The notes below the pieces were generated by a model. It did not search any database, had not been told where the DNA came from, and saw only the letters and a program-made list of their open reading frames with translations. A program made the translations under genes and the position numbers. A stretch of DNA of 64,000 bases, taken from positions 1 to 64,000 of IMG/VR virus record IMGVR_UViG_3300022921_000002. One strand, 5' to 3'. Positions 54,705 to 64,000 of the stretch are shown one piece after another. How positions within the stretch are numbered: the stretch's first letter is position 1; the number at the start of each line of letters is the position of its first letter.

Positions 54705-56964
54705 CGTTAACTATGTCAACTGTTATTACACCATTGTCTGCTGTTAGTACCGCGGTATCAACTCGAATGCTTTGATCCCCAACAATTTGACCTGGGCCAA
54801 CAACAGGATCACCGCCTGGTATATAATCTTCAGTAATGTTAAACCCAAAGCGGTGTGTTACCACTGCACTAAATTCTTTTTGCCATGAAAACTTATCAAA
54901 CATTTTTGTCCCGGCAAGATGGACAGTGTTTCTTAGTGGTTCTTCATATGTTTCCCTTGATACAACAGATTGGATCTCATATGAATATTCTTGGTAATAA
55001 TCTGAATCTTGCAAACGCATTGATGAGTCAAAGTATTTTAAAGTACCTGCTTGATTTTGTTCATAACCATTTAAGTGTGAATTCTTTTCAGCCCAGAAAC
55101 CTGATGTTGTACCTTGAGTTCTTGCTGATGCTGTACCTTTTGCTTGAATAACGCCGTCATCATCTGTGATAAAGACAGACTCATTATCAACATATCCAAG
55201 GCCTGAATTATAAACATCAACCCCGGTAATTCTACCTCTTGTGAAAAATGTTTCAGTTTCCATGTCGGCGTTTTCACCAGCTTTTTCTGAATCATAATCG
55301 CGGTATACTACAAGTGGCGTATAGGTGTTACCTTTATGAGTAATAACATTTGTGCTATCAAAACCGTAATACGAATATGCTCTCACATTAAGATATGACT
55401 TTTGAGAATTAATACCAGTAATAATTCCGCTCACACCTGAAACTGCTTGTGTAATTGTATCACCGACTGAAAACCCTGAACCAAATGTAGTAAAAGAAAT
55501 AATCTGTTCAAACCTATCAAAGATATTTGTTGTGTAATCTCGAATGATTGCAAACGCATCATTGGTATAATTTGTACCTGGGTTAATGTTGATAAATTCG
55601 TTAATCGTTCCCATTTCAAATGCTTGAAGTGCAAACGCCTGATTAATTGGTGTTGCTAATGTTACTGGATCGGCAGTACCTGACATTGGTTGTAGTGCAG
55701 GTGGTACGGTATTATAATTTGTACTATTAATTAAAACATTCGTAAAGTCACCAATAATATCAGTAATCAGATTAGCTGTTTCTATATTTGACAATGACCC
55801 AACTTGAACATCGGTTGCAGGTGTGTTATTTTCAGGTAGGATTGGTCCAGGAGATGTTGAGTTTTTAGCAGAAACTGTAAGAACACCAGGAAGATTAAAA
55901 TTAATTGCTCTATCGTTTGTTCCGATTTCTCTTGATATATCAAAACTGTCACCCGGGTTCATTCTTACACCAACCGCGGTTGAATTTTGACCTGTAACAG
56001 TACCAACGTTTGATGCAGTATCGGTAAGTGTTTCACCTACAATAAAATCTAAATCTGGGTTTGGTAAAACAATAACTTGATCTGAAACTAACAGGCTCGT
56101 GCCTGCAATTGTATAACCCCAACCGCCGTCAGTTAAGTTATATTGTATTTCACCTTTTCCGATATCAGAAACTTCAGTAACAATAACTTTACCAGCAACA
56201 CCAAGATTGCTTTCTACATTATATAACTGTCCTACTAAATTTCCTTCTGTCCCGCCATAAAGTGCATCAATTTCAATATCGGAAAGTGACCCGTTAACAC
56301 GACCGAATGAAACTTCTTCACCGTTAATTTTAGCAACAATGTCATCGTATTTTTGAAACTGTCCTTTTGGATTATTGATATAAACAATAGGAAGGATTGT
56401 TTTGTTTAATAGAATAAAGTTAATTTTATCAACAACCGCTTTAGCACCTGATACGGCACCACGAATGTTTTTATTAATAACATCAGAATAAGAATATACT
56501 AATCCTTCGGCACTTGTAAAGCTACCATTATTTGGGATCATTTGTAGATAAGTACCATTCTTCCATTGAGAGTCTGATACTTTAAACATATGCTTTGCGG
56601 GATATTCAACCTTTGCATTCTCGGCATAAAATATTCTAAAGAATAACTTAATGCCACCTTCAGTACCTTTTGCTCGGTACAGATCAAGGATATTTTTTAC
56701 AATAAACCGTACCTCGGCATTTGGCATAAGAGGCAGATCTTGTAGGAATGTCTTTTGAAAAAATACCAGCATTTCCTGAATAGTTGTTGTAATATCACGG
56801 TATTCAAACATACGACGAGAATTATACGTCGCATTATTTGTTTCAGTTTCAAGGAACCTGTAATAATCTTCAACTAATTGAATAAGTTCCGCGCCATCTT
56901 CACGATAAATGCCGGGAAACTGTTGCCTAATTCTAAATGCTATATTTTTTTCTATTTCAGACAT
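54700..56964 (-). CDS. Baseplate wedge initiator, gp7-like
   Basis: QQFPGIYRE...LVEDYYRFLE; IVKNILDLYRAKGTEGGIKLFFRIFY; LQDSDYYQEYSY...HLAGTKMF; directly follows gp6. Confidence 0.72.
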   Translation of the reverse strand: MSEIEKNIAFRIRQQFPGIYREDGAELIQLVEDYYRFLETETNNATYNSRRMFEYRDITTTIQEMLVFFQKTFLQDLPLMPNAEVRFIVKNILDLYRAKGTEGGIKLFFRIFYAENAKVEYPAKHMFKVSDSQWKNGTYLQMIPNNGSFTSAEGLVYSYSDVINKNIRGAVSGAKAVVDKINFILLNKTILPIVYINNPKGQFQKYDDIVAKINGEEVSFGRVNGSLSDIEIDALYGGTEGNLVGQLYNVESNLGVAGKVIVTEVSDIGKGEIQYNLTDGGWGYTIAGTSLLVSDQVIVLPNPDLDFIVGETLTDTASNVGTVTGQNSTAVGVRMNPGDSFDISREIGTNDRAINFNLPGVLTVSAKNSTSPGPILPENNTPATDVQVGSLSNIETANLITDIIGDFTNVLINSTNYNTVPPALQPMSGTADPVTLATPINQAFALQAFEMGTINEFININPGTNYTNDAFAIIRDYTTNIFDRFEQIISFTTFGSGFSVGDTITQAVSGVSGIITGINSQKSYLNVRAYSYYGFDSTNVITHKGNTYTPLVVYRDYDSEKAGENADMETETFFTRGRITGVDVYNSGLGYVDNESVFITDDDGVIQAKGTASARTQGTTSGFWAEKNSHLNGYEQNQAGTLKYFDSSMRLQDSDYYQEYSYEIQSVVSRETYEEPLRNTVHLAGTKMFDKFSWQKEFSAVVTHRFGFNITEDYIPGGDPVVGPGQIVGDQSIRVDTAVLTADNGVITVDIVNG

Positions 56965-58838
56965 TAGTAACCGCTGCTCCCGCTACTTGATGAAGATGAA
57001 CTTGAACTCGAGGTTGTTGTTCCTGCTGCCACGGTTGTTGCGGTTGAGCTCTCATCAATAATATTAACTGTTACGTCAGTGTCACGGATTGTAAACAATC
57101 TACCTTTAGGTGCTTTAATATCATTTCGTTTTGTTTCCGCAATAATTTTAATTGCTGATCCTGTATAACCATCTGTCTTAAAGCCAATTAATTTGATTTC
57201 ACCTGTTGTATAATTCACTGTACCAAGGTTTGGGATAACAACTTGCGGGTTATTAACATCAGATGTAATCATTTGAATTTTACCAGCACCGTCATCTTGT
57301 AAATAAACATTAACACTATCGTATGAAAAGGTTCCACTAATAATAGATGGTTTATAATCCGTAAATCCTGTTGCCAATTTGAAAGGATATGGTTTAATTA
57401 TTTCTGCCTCAAACTTAAACACTGGGTTTTCCGAAACATTCAATGCCGGTGAATATTCAATATATGGACAAGCAGTTACTTTATTACTCAAAATTGAAAT
57501 GTCACCTGCATCAATTTCAGATGATAGCGTGGACAATCTCAACCTTTTATTAAAGTCATCAAGATTAACTATAACGTGATTTGAGATAATATTACGGATA
57601 ATAGTTTCAAGTTCACCTACTGACTTACGAGTAATCTTTGCATTGTAATAAGCATTAACAGTTACATTTGAGTATAAGTAATTTGTTGCTACGAATACAG
57701 GTTCAACCGCAAGTGGTGTTTTATCTTTTAAGTAATCAACATATGTATTAGATAAGGTTGATGATAGCTGATCTTCACCTTGTCCTAGATAAATTGATAT
57801 TGCAACTCTACCAAACTGTGGAGGATTTAATTCATCACCGCCATATGCTGCAACTGCTTGGATTTCAGGAAATCTTTGCTTTAACAAAATTTCATAATCC
57901 GACGCTGTAATAGCACGTTCTTGAATTTGAATTGATTTTGGAGCAAAGTAACGAATGCTTTCAATTGATTCTTGTTCAGCACCACCTGTTGCTGGTGCTA
58001 CCGTCGTAACTGTTGTTGTACCAGTGTTTGTAACATTAATTGAGAACAAACTTGCACCGTTAGGTTCTGATCCTGAACAAATTCTATACTTAACACGGAT
58101 ATCTTGTGTTTCTGTTGGTTGCATACCAAACTTATTATTACCAAAGTAAATAGTATATCGGCCATCGTAATATGGTTCAACATAAAATACTTTATCGAGC
58201 GGTCCTACACCAAAGATATTGTTTTTACGAATATATTGGTTCGCGTCATCACTTGCTTCGGCATCAACAAACACTGAAAGTGATTCTGTATCAGCATTTT
58301 CGTTTGAAAGGATAACTCTTAGTGTTCCGTCAACATCAACAAAGTAACCTTCTCTTTCAAAGCTTGTTAGCATTTGACCTTCAAATATTTCTACATTTTC
58401 TGCAACAAAAACACCTGGTGCAGTTTTGCGAGCAACGTATGCTTTATCAGAAACGAATTCGTAATTTACACCAAGATAAGATGTTGTAAATGCCGCATTC
58501 TCTTCAATTGTAATAGTTTGACCGATTACAGTATCATCATTAATTGTTACGTTTACAATAGCACGTGCCGATGTTCTTGAACGTGGTAAATAATTCAATT
58601 CCTTGGCGTGTGAAATAACTGAGTTTCTCAATACCGCACTGTCAATAAACATTTCATTCATTGCCATATTGGTATAGAAGTTATTCTGATACGTGTTATA
58701 TGAAAGCACATCCATTAAGACCGATAGGTTTGACCCATCAAAGTCATAATCTTTATATCGAGTTTGACCTTTTAAATAATTTTTGAGCTGTTGTTTTGAA
58801 TTCTCAAAATCTAATTCCGTAATATTTAATTTAGCCAT
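56964..58838 (-). CDS. gp6: Baseplate wedge subunit gp6
   Basis: ELDFENSKQQLKNYLK...DYDFDGSNLSVLMDVLSYNTY...EMFIDSAVLRNSVISHAK.LNYLPRS; GGAEQESIESIRYFAP...QERAITASDY. Confidence 0.93.
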   Translation of the reverse strand: MAKLNITELDFENSKQQLKNYLKGQTRYKDYDFDGSNLSVLMDVLSYNTYQNNFYTNMAMNEMFIDSAVLRNSVISHAKELNYLPRSRTSARAIVNVTINDDTVIGQTITIEENAAFTTSYLGVNYEFVSDKAYVARKTAPGVFVAENVEIFEGQMLTSFEREGYFVDVDGTLRVILSNENADTESLSVFVDAEASDDANQYIRKNNIFGVGPLDKVFYVEPYYDGRYTIYFGNNKFGMQPTETQDIRVKYRICSGSEPNGASLFSINVTNTGTTTVTTVAPATGGAEQESIESIRYFAPKSIQIQERAITASDYEILLKQRFPEIQAVAAYGGDELNPPQFGRVAISIYLGQGEDQLSSTLSNTYVDYLKDKTPLAVEPVFVATNYLYSNVTVNAYYNAKITRKSVGELETIIRNIISNHVIVNLDDFNKRLRLSTLSSEIDAGDISILSNKVTACPYIEYSPALNVSENPVFKFEAEIIKPYPFKLATGFTDYKPSIISGTFSYDSVNVYLQDDGAGKIQMITSDVNNPQVVIPNLGTVNYTTGEIKLIGFKTDGYTGSAIKIIAETKRNDIKAPKGRLFTIRDTDVTVNIIDESSTATTVAAGTTTSSSSSSSSSSGSSGY

Positions 58839-58839
58839 T

Positions 58840-59256
58840 TTATCTTGTCCTCTCTAGAAACACGCTTAGCGATACTGGCTGCTCGTCGTTCGTAACGTAA
58901 AATTCTATTGTGATTGCAACCTCATTTGAGTCAAGGTTTGCTGAAACGGTAACATCAATGAGTTCTGCCCGTGGTTCGTATAATTCAATAGTTGTTCTAA
59001 CCTGTTCTTCCATTAACCTAACGGTTGCAGGTGTTAGATTTTCAAAAAGCATTGCTCTTATATTGCCACCAAGGTTTGGTTGCATTAATCTTTCACCGCG
59101 ATCGGTTAGTATTAAATTCCGTATTGCTTCTTTAACTGATTCATCATCTTTGTTTAATGTAATATCTGAAGATATTGGACTTAATTCAAGATTCTTTTTA
59201 AAATCCTGATAAAGCGAAATCTTTTTTGATTTTGCGGTTATTAAATTAACTACCAT
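58840..59256 (-). CDS. gp25: Baseplate wedge subunit gp25
   Basis: SVKEAIRNLILTDRGERLMQPNLGGNI..LFEN...IELYEPRA. Confidence 0.93.
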   Translation of the reverse strand: MVVNLITAKSKKISLYQDFKKNLELSPISSDITLNKDDESVKEAIRNLILTDRGERLMQPNLGGNIRAMLFENLTPATVRLMEEQVRTTIELYEPRAELIDVTVSANLDSNEVAITIEFYVTNDEQPVSLSVFLERTR

Positions 59257-61071
59257 TTATTTGTACCATGTTGCTGCATCTTTTCGATCCCTGTGGTCTA
59301 TATGTAAGAATGTACTCCCAGGCGCTTCGTATACTCCTAATCCCCAAAAACCGTTTGCTTGTGCAATCGCCATTAATTCGTTCCTTCTAGTCGGGTAAGT
59401 TTCCCAATCTAAATCAAACGCAATCCCTGCCGTGTGCTTTGAATGTATCGCTACGTTCTCAATACCCACCACGTCTCTTAAAAATCTGTTATATTCCGGT
59501 GTCCTATATCCGCTTACTAATTGTACTTTTGGACCATTCCATTCAATAAGTGTTCTCATTAATGCTAACCGTTCTAATGGTTCACACCCTACCCAAAATG
59601 TATCGTAATGCGGCATTACATTATTTGCTCTCATTAGTGCATCACCGTAAAGTGCTCTTGCACTATAATTAGCATCAATCCAAATATAACGATTTGTATT
59701 TTCAATCAAATCTTCAAACGTTGGAAAAACCTCCATTACTTCATCAAAACTAATTTGCCGATCGCCATAACTTCTTGGTCTTGGTACAGGTCTTACGGAT
59801 CCATCATATATATTTGGGTTTACTGGAGGCAAAGTCGACACTTCAGTTTGACCTGGCGGTACTGAAGCTTCGGGTGGTTGCCAAACCTGCCCATCACGTG
59901 TAGAGTCTGCTATAGATTGTTCTACCCTTTCTGTGTGTAACTGTTGTTGATTATTTATTCTTTCTTCAAGGACCTCAGGTGGTGTTCGAGTGCCATTAGC
60001 TGCAATTACTTGAGCGGTTGCAGCATTTCCTTGAACTGTTAATGCTTCTTCGGCTACTTTAAGATCATCGGCAAATGTTGTAAGTGGTTCTTTAACTTTA
60101 TTAACCTGATCTTCAACACCTGTTAGTAATCCACAGAAACGTGAGATAAGAAATTGAATTTCACCAATACCAGGATTGGCAAACAATCCAACCGCATAAT
60201 CAAACAAACCAGTTAATTTGTCTTTAATAGATTGAATATTAGTTTTTTCAAAGAAAGCCAATGCTTTATCTCTGATTTTAAGAAATGCTCTTGTGATACC
60301 TTTTAAAGAAGGTCCTGTAATACCTTGAATTAATGAACCTAAATCAAAGTTCTTAATTGCTGATTGTACTTGCTTTACAACAGAATCAAACATACCAACA
60401 AGTTTATTTTTAATAGCTTCAATTAATGCTTTTACTTTAATCTTTTCAAAAAGTGCCTCTGATGGATTTTCAATGTTTTTAAGTTTTGATAAAAATGATA
60501 AAGCATCATTGAGAAGGAAACCTACTTGACCGATTTTATCAAAGAATGAATCAATAGCACCAAAGACGTTTGGCAATGTGCCACACAACCCACCAGCAAT
60601 TGCTAATGAAAAACCACCAGAAAAGAAACCGTCAAGTTGTTCTAAAAGATTTTTATAATCATTTGCAGTTGCAACACCAAAACTAAATGGTGTATAGCCT
60701 TGACTTTCAAGGAAAGATGCAAATTCAATATCAGTTATTGGACTTTTTTCTAACCGTGGGCCGAGGTATTTAAATTTCGGCAATTCTTTAACAATGTAAT
60801 CTTCTTTAATAAATGTATTATTAAAATTGTTAAGTTGCGTATATAATTGTTCACCGTATTTTTCAACAGCCTTTGCAACAACATTGATAGGTTTACTAGT
60901 AGAATTAAAACCAGCAATATCAAATGCCATTTTATTAATTGCTTGTTTAGTATAATTACCTTTACTATCAACAAACAATTCTACTGATGGTGAAGTTCCA
61001 CCTGGCGTTAAAACGGTTGAAGCTTTTAGAGCCGATGGAATAAACGGATCTGGATCTTTACAAGCTGTCAC
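59257..61071 (-). CDS. Baseplate-region protein with a C-terminal zinc peptidase M15 (Peptidase_M15_3/YcbK-like) peptidoglycan hydrolase domain
   Basis: LVSGYRTPEYN...SKHTAGIAFD (SxHxxGxAxD)...GLGVY...FLHIDHR; long helical N-terminal region. Confidence 0.8.
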   Translation of the reverse strand: MTACKDPDPFIPSALKASTVLTPGGTSPSVELFVDSKGNYTKQAINKMAFDIAGFNSTSKPINVVAKAVEKYGEQLYTQLNNFNNTFIKEDYIVKELPKFKYLGPRLEKSPITDIEFASFLESQGYTPFSFGVATANDYKNLLEQLDGFFSGGFSLAIAGGLCGTLPNVFGAIDSFFDKIGQVGFLLNDALSFLSKLKNIENPSEALFEKIKVKALIEAIKNKLVGMFDSVVKQVQSAIKNFDLGSLIQGITGPSLKGITRAFLKIRDKALAFFEKTNIQSIKDKLTGLFDYAVGLFANPGIGEIQFLISRFCGLLTGVEDQVNKVKEPLTTFADDLKVAEEALTVQGNAATAQVIAANGTRTPPEVLEERINNQQQLHTERVEQSIADSTRDGQVWQPPEASVPPGQTEVSTLPPVNPNIYDGSVRPVPRPRSYGDRQISFDEVMEVFPTFEDLIENTNRYIWIDANYSARALYGDALMRANNVMPHYDTFWVGCEPLERLALMRTLIEWNGPKVQLVSGYRTPEYNRFLRDVVGIENVAIHSKHTAGIAFDLDWETYPTRRNELMAIAQANGFWGLGVYEAPGSTFLHIDHRDRKDAATWYK

Positions 61072-61092
61072 AACTATTCTCCTTAAGTTTCA

Positions 61093-62481
61093 TTATGCTG
61101 GTTCCCCATCATCTGATTGAAAAATTGAAGCGGGTGTACGCATTCCAAATTTATTTGCCGCGGTTGCTTTAACGGAAGTTGATTTCTGTGGTGGCTCAGG
61201 CATTTCTGGTGTAATTGCGCCAATAGCATCTTCGGCAAATACTGCTTCTGTTGCTGTAGCGTTTCCACCTTCTGCCATACTCACATAATCATTAATATAA
61301 ACAGTACTACTTGCGGTAACACTAATGTTACCTCCTGACTCTACCTGAAGGTTTGTACCTGATAGTATACTAACATCAGATTCACCAAATATATTTAAAA
61401 CACCTTGGTTAGCTTTAATATTCATATCAGTGATGGCAGTCATATTCAAATTGTTTGCTTTAATATTCATATTAGATGCAGCTTGATCCCACATAAATGG
61501 TGCCTTGCGATACATCCCAATGCCCGCTTCAATTTGCATTTCTTTTTCGGCGCGTATTGATAATGTACCGGCATTTGCTTCCATTCTTATATCACCGGCG
61601 CGCATTTGAATTTGCTCGCTGACATTATAATTTGATTGTCCGCCAACTGAATGACTGTGATTTCCGTGTACTATTGTTTTAAGATCACCTGTAATTTCTT
61701 CAGTTTTGTTTCCGTCAACATATACACTTGCATCACCGTCAATTGTTACAAAAGATTTGCCGCCAATATGAACATATTGATTTTCGTCCGTAACATCAAA
61801 CCTTGTTCCTGTTGCCTTTGTTGTAAGACTACCACCACTCCCAATCTGAACATAAGATTGAGTTTGAGTATTAGTAATCGTAATTCTTTCAGAACCTGGC
61901 GTATCATCAAGTTCAACTACATGGCGTGCTGATTGGATAACACGGTTATATGGATATGCTGCCTGATACCCGGGATCTGGTTCATCCCAGCTTTGTCCGC
62001 CGTCAGGATCATCCGCAACAGTAACTTTGGTAACACGAGACATTTTTTGTCCATGAAGGTGTGTTTTCTGTAGCTCTTCACCACGTTCTAATCTGGAATG
62101 ATGCGGTTGCCCTAAGTTTTCTGGTTGTTTTGCTCTACTGTTCAATTCAGGTTGTTCTGTTATTACACCCCAACCTTTTGTTTCAGGATTGATTTCTTCA
62201 TTATATTGAGTAGGAACTGTTCCGATAATAATTGGTTGCTGTGCATCTCTACCATCAATAAACAAACCAAAAACGAAATCGTTTTCATCAGGAATTTGAT
62301 TAAATAAGTCATTTACAAGGCAACTTGCCCATGGTAATGATTGAGTCGGAACTTTATCATTCAAACCATGTACTCCAAATGCTCTTACTTGAACTCGTCC
62401 TTGCTTTTGTGGATCATCTCTATTCTCAATAACACCAATAAAGAATAAAGGTTCTCTTATGCCAACACCGTATGGGAACAT
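61093..62481 (-). CDS. gp5: Baseplate hub/spike gp5 (OB-fold plus beta-helix, no lysozyme domain)
   Basis: FFIGVIENRDDPQKQGRVQVRAFGVH..LPWA; YPYNRVIQS..HVVELDDTPGSERI; VDGNKTEEITGDLKTIVHGN beta-helix repeats. Confidence 0.88.
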   Translation of the reverse strand: MFPYGVGIREPLFFIGVIENRDDPQKQGRVQVRAFGVHGLNDKVPTQSLPWASCLVNDLFNQIPDENDFVFGLFIDGRDAQQPIIIGTVPTQYNEEINPETKGWGVITEQPELNSRAKQPENLGQPHHSRLERGEELQKTHLHGQKMSRVTKVTVADDPDGGQSWDEPDPGYQAAYPYNRVIQSARHVVELDDTPGSERITITNTQTQSYVQIGSGGSLTTKATGTRFDVTDENQYVHIGGKSFVTIDGDASVYVDGNKTEEITGDLKTIVHGNHSHSVGGQSNYNVSEQIQMRAGDIRMEANAGTLSIRAEKEMQIEAGIGMYRKAPFMWDQAASNMNIKANNLNMTAITDMNIKANQGVLNIFGESDVSILSGTNLQVESGGNISVTASSTVYINDYVSMAEGGNATATEAVFAEDAIGAITPEMPEPPQKSTSVKATAANKFGMRTPASIFQSDDGEPA

Positions 62482-63854
62482 TAATCATTACTCCAATCAT
62501 ATTTAACAAGCTCAAAGTTGGTCCGTACTTTATCGTTTTCCAATGTATGCTTGGTTGTAAATACAAGATACCTACCTGATAGCTGTTGATGGTTATTAGA
62601 AGTACCTAAAGCATCAAATCCTTGAACTGTAAGATCAATTAATTGACCAGGCATAATATCCATTCGGCCTGTTAATGATGCCGATACTTTAGTGTTGTAT
62701 AAATGGTGCCTGTATGCTATTCGGTTTGAAACTAAATCATCAAGTCTTTGGTCAGATGCCAATTCACGTGAAGTAGCATAAGGTCCGGTAAAATCACGGA
62801 ATGCAAGAAACCGTGGACCGTTGTCAATTCTAAATGTTTCTTCAGCAAATTCTCTAGAATGTGGAAAATCAATTTGGCCTCTTCGTGCCTGAACTCCTGA
62901 CATATCAACAAACTCAGCTTCTTCGGTATACTTATATGTTGATTCAGTATAGTTGTGGTTTAATATATCAACTACACAAACCGTACTTGCATATCCGCCT
63001 GATTTTATATCTTTACCAATATCACTACCTCTTGAATTAATAGTGATATATTCAATACGATTAAGTTGCTTTTCAGGTTCAGTAGGATCATATGTTGCAT
63101 TAGGTGAATAAAAGAATTTTTGTATTACGTCATCTGCTTCAACTGATTCTTTAATTAAATATTCATCAGTCACAAAAAAGTAATCAGTTAAATTTTCAAA
63201 GAAACGATAAGTCTGTGAATTTGCTTCACCATAAGCACGTCGAGCAAGGAACAACATTGTTTCCGACGGTGTGTAATGCGGGATAGCTAAATTGTTTAAA
63301 CCAATTGTAGGTTGTATTGTAAACTTTCGGCTTTCATTTGTTGCAAAATTAACTAATGGAAATTTAGCAGTACCATATGGGAATGTTCTGCTTCCTTCAT
63401 TTCTAACAGCAGTGCCAAGTGTTGCGAAATAATTTCTAAACGTATATTCAACAATTTGGTTTATTGATTTATTGGCAAACCCTTCTTCAACATCCGACGC
63501 AACGGCTGCCGAATAAGTAACTGCTGATATAAAATGAATATTATACCGAACACCATTCATACTTTCAGTAGGTACTAAATTATCAATACGAATAACCTGA
63601 CACGCCAAATCATATTCAGTATCAAGGTCGTGGGATACAATTTTTAAAATTAATTGTTCTTCGCCAAGTAATGGTGTCTTGTCAAGGAAACCAACGGTGT
63701 CTAGGACAGCGGCTACACCACTCCATGAAGTCATACCCATCGACTGATTGATTTCAATACCATCAATCATCCCGGCGATATTTTCATCAAGGTTTGTGTA
63801 TTTGTTTCTTAACGTAAATGAAACAATCGTATATGATGATGGATTAAATGCCAT
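62481..63854 (-). CDS. Baseplate hub protein, gp27-like (contractile tail hub)
   Basis: Lies between gp53 and gp5. SGVAAVLDTVGFLDKTPLLGEEQL, YRFFENLTDYFF and GRMDIMPGQLIDL...LSGRYLV....H match the hub/gpD-like pattern. Confidence 0.62.
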   Translation of the reverse strand: MAFNPSSYTIVSFTLRNKYTNLDENIAGMIDGIEINQSMGMTSWSGVAAVLDTVGFLDKTPLLGEEQLILKIVSHDLDTEYDLACQVIRIDNLVPTESMNGVRYNIHFISAVTYSAAVASDVEEGFANKSINQIVEYTFRNYFATLGTAVRNEGSRTFPYGTAKFPLVNFATNESRKFTIQPTIGLNNLAIPHYTPSETMLFLARRAYGEANSQTYRFFENLTDYFFVTDEYLIKESVEADDVIQKFFYSPNATYDPTEPEKQLNRIEYITINSRGSDIGKDIKSGGYASTVCVVDILNHNYTESTYKYTEEAEFVDMSGVQARRGQIDFPHSREFAEETFRIDNGPRFLAFRDFTGPYATSRELASDQRLDDLVSNRIAYRHHLYNTKVSASLTGRMDIMPGQLIDLTVQGFDALGTSNNHQQLSGRYLVFTTKHTLENDKVRTNFELVKYDWSND

Positions 63855-64000
63855 TTATAGTTTTATACTTTTTACAAATTCTTCGGTTACTTGTGGTAAA
63901 TACTTTTTATCAATTAAAAAGATCTCACGTTTGTTTTCGTTTATTGCTCGTTCGTTATCCCAAATGCGCCAAGGTTTCCATTCTTCAGGAATAATACGTT
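63855..64000 (-). CDS. gp53: 3' end of baseplate wedge gp53 (partial)
   Basis: Not in the ORF track. Reads ...RIIPEEWKPWRIWDNERAINENKREIFLIDKKYLPQVTEEFVKSIKL*, matching the gp53 C-terminal E..N..KR.I.L...Y pattern; the stop abuts the hub ATG. Confidence 0.65.
   Translation of the reverse strand, partial: RIIPEEWKPWRIWDNERAINENKREIFLIDKKYLPQVTEEFVKSIKL

Noticed and set aside
438-62307. Numerous 60-170 aa plus-strand and off-frame ORFs in the track (e.g. 15320..15715, 20789..21223, 39789..40298)
   Set aside because: All lie within long minus-strand genes that have recognisable motifs. Their composition mirrors antisense codon bias.
1-64000. tRNA, rRNA, integrase, transposase or alternative genetic code
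   Set aside because: Intergenic gaps are at most about 120 bp with no cloverleaf seen, no such protein motifs appear, and very long ORFs read through cleanly under the standard code.

Overview
A 64-kb piece of the late (virion) region of a large T4-like myovirus. Gene content and order resemble aquatic cyanophage-, pelagiphage- or phiM12-type T4 relatives; the host cannot be determined from this window. All ~36 credible genes are on the minus strand. In transcription order: gp53 (partial), gp27-like hub, gp5 with no lysozyme domain, a helical protein with a C-terminal M15 peptidase, gp25, gp6, gp7-like, a two-gene cassette (gp9-like N-terminus fibre protein and an S8 subtilase with a ~300-aa insertion), gp8, then ~42 kb of fibre/adhesin genes (VrlC-like 1819 aa, 3666 aa, collagen 1579 aa, 1455 aa, 807 aa, 3119 aa and others, three ending in S74 chaperones), a three-gene sugar-modification cluster, small structural genes, gp13, gp14 and a C-terminally extended gp15 (partial). 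T4-type late promoters (TATAAATA/NATAAATA) sit in many intergenic gaps and there is one clear intrinsic terminator. The most unexpected signal is two consensus sigma70 promoters with extended -10 on the plus strand, both pointing antisense into the late operon. I saw no tRNA, CRISPR array, integrase, transposase, reverse transcriptase or homing endonuclease. All family assignments are motif recognition by eye, not database searches.
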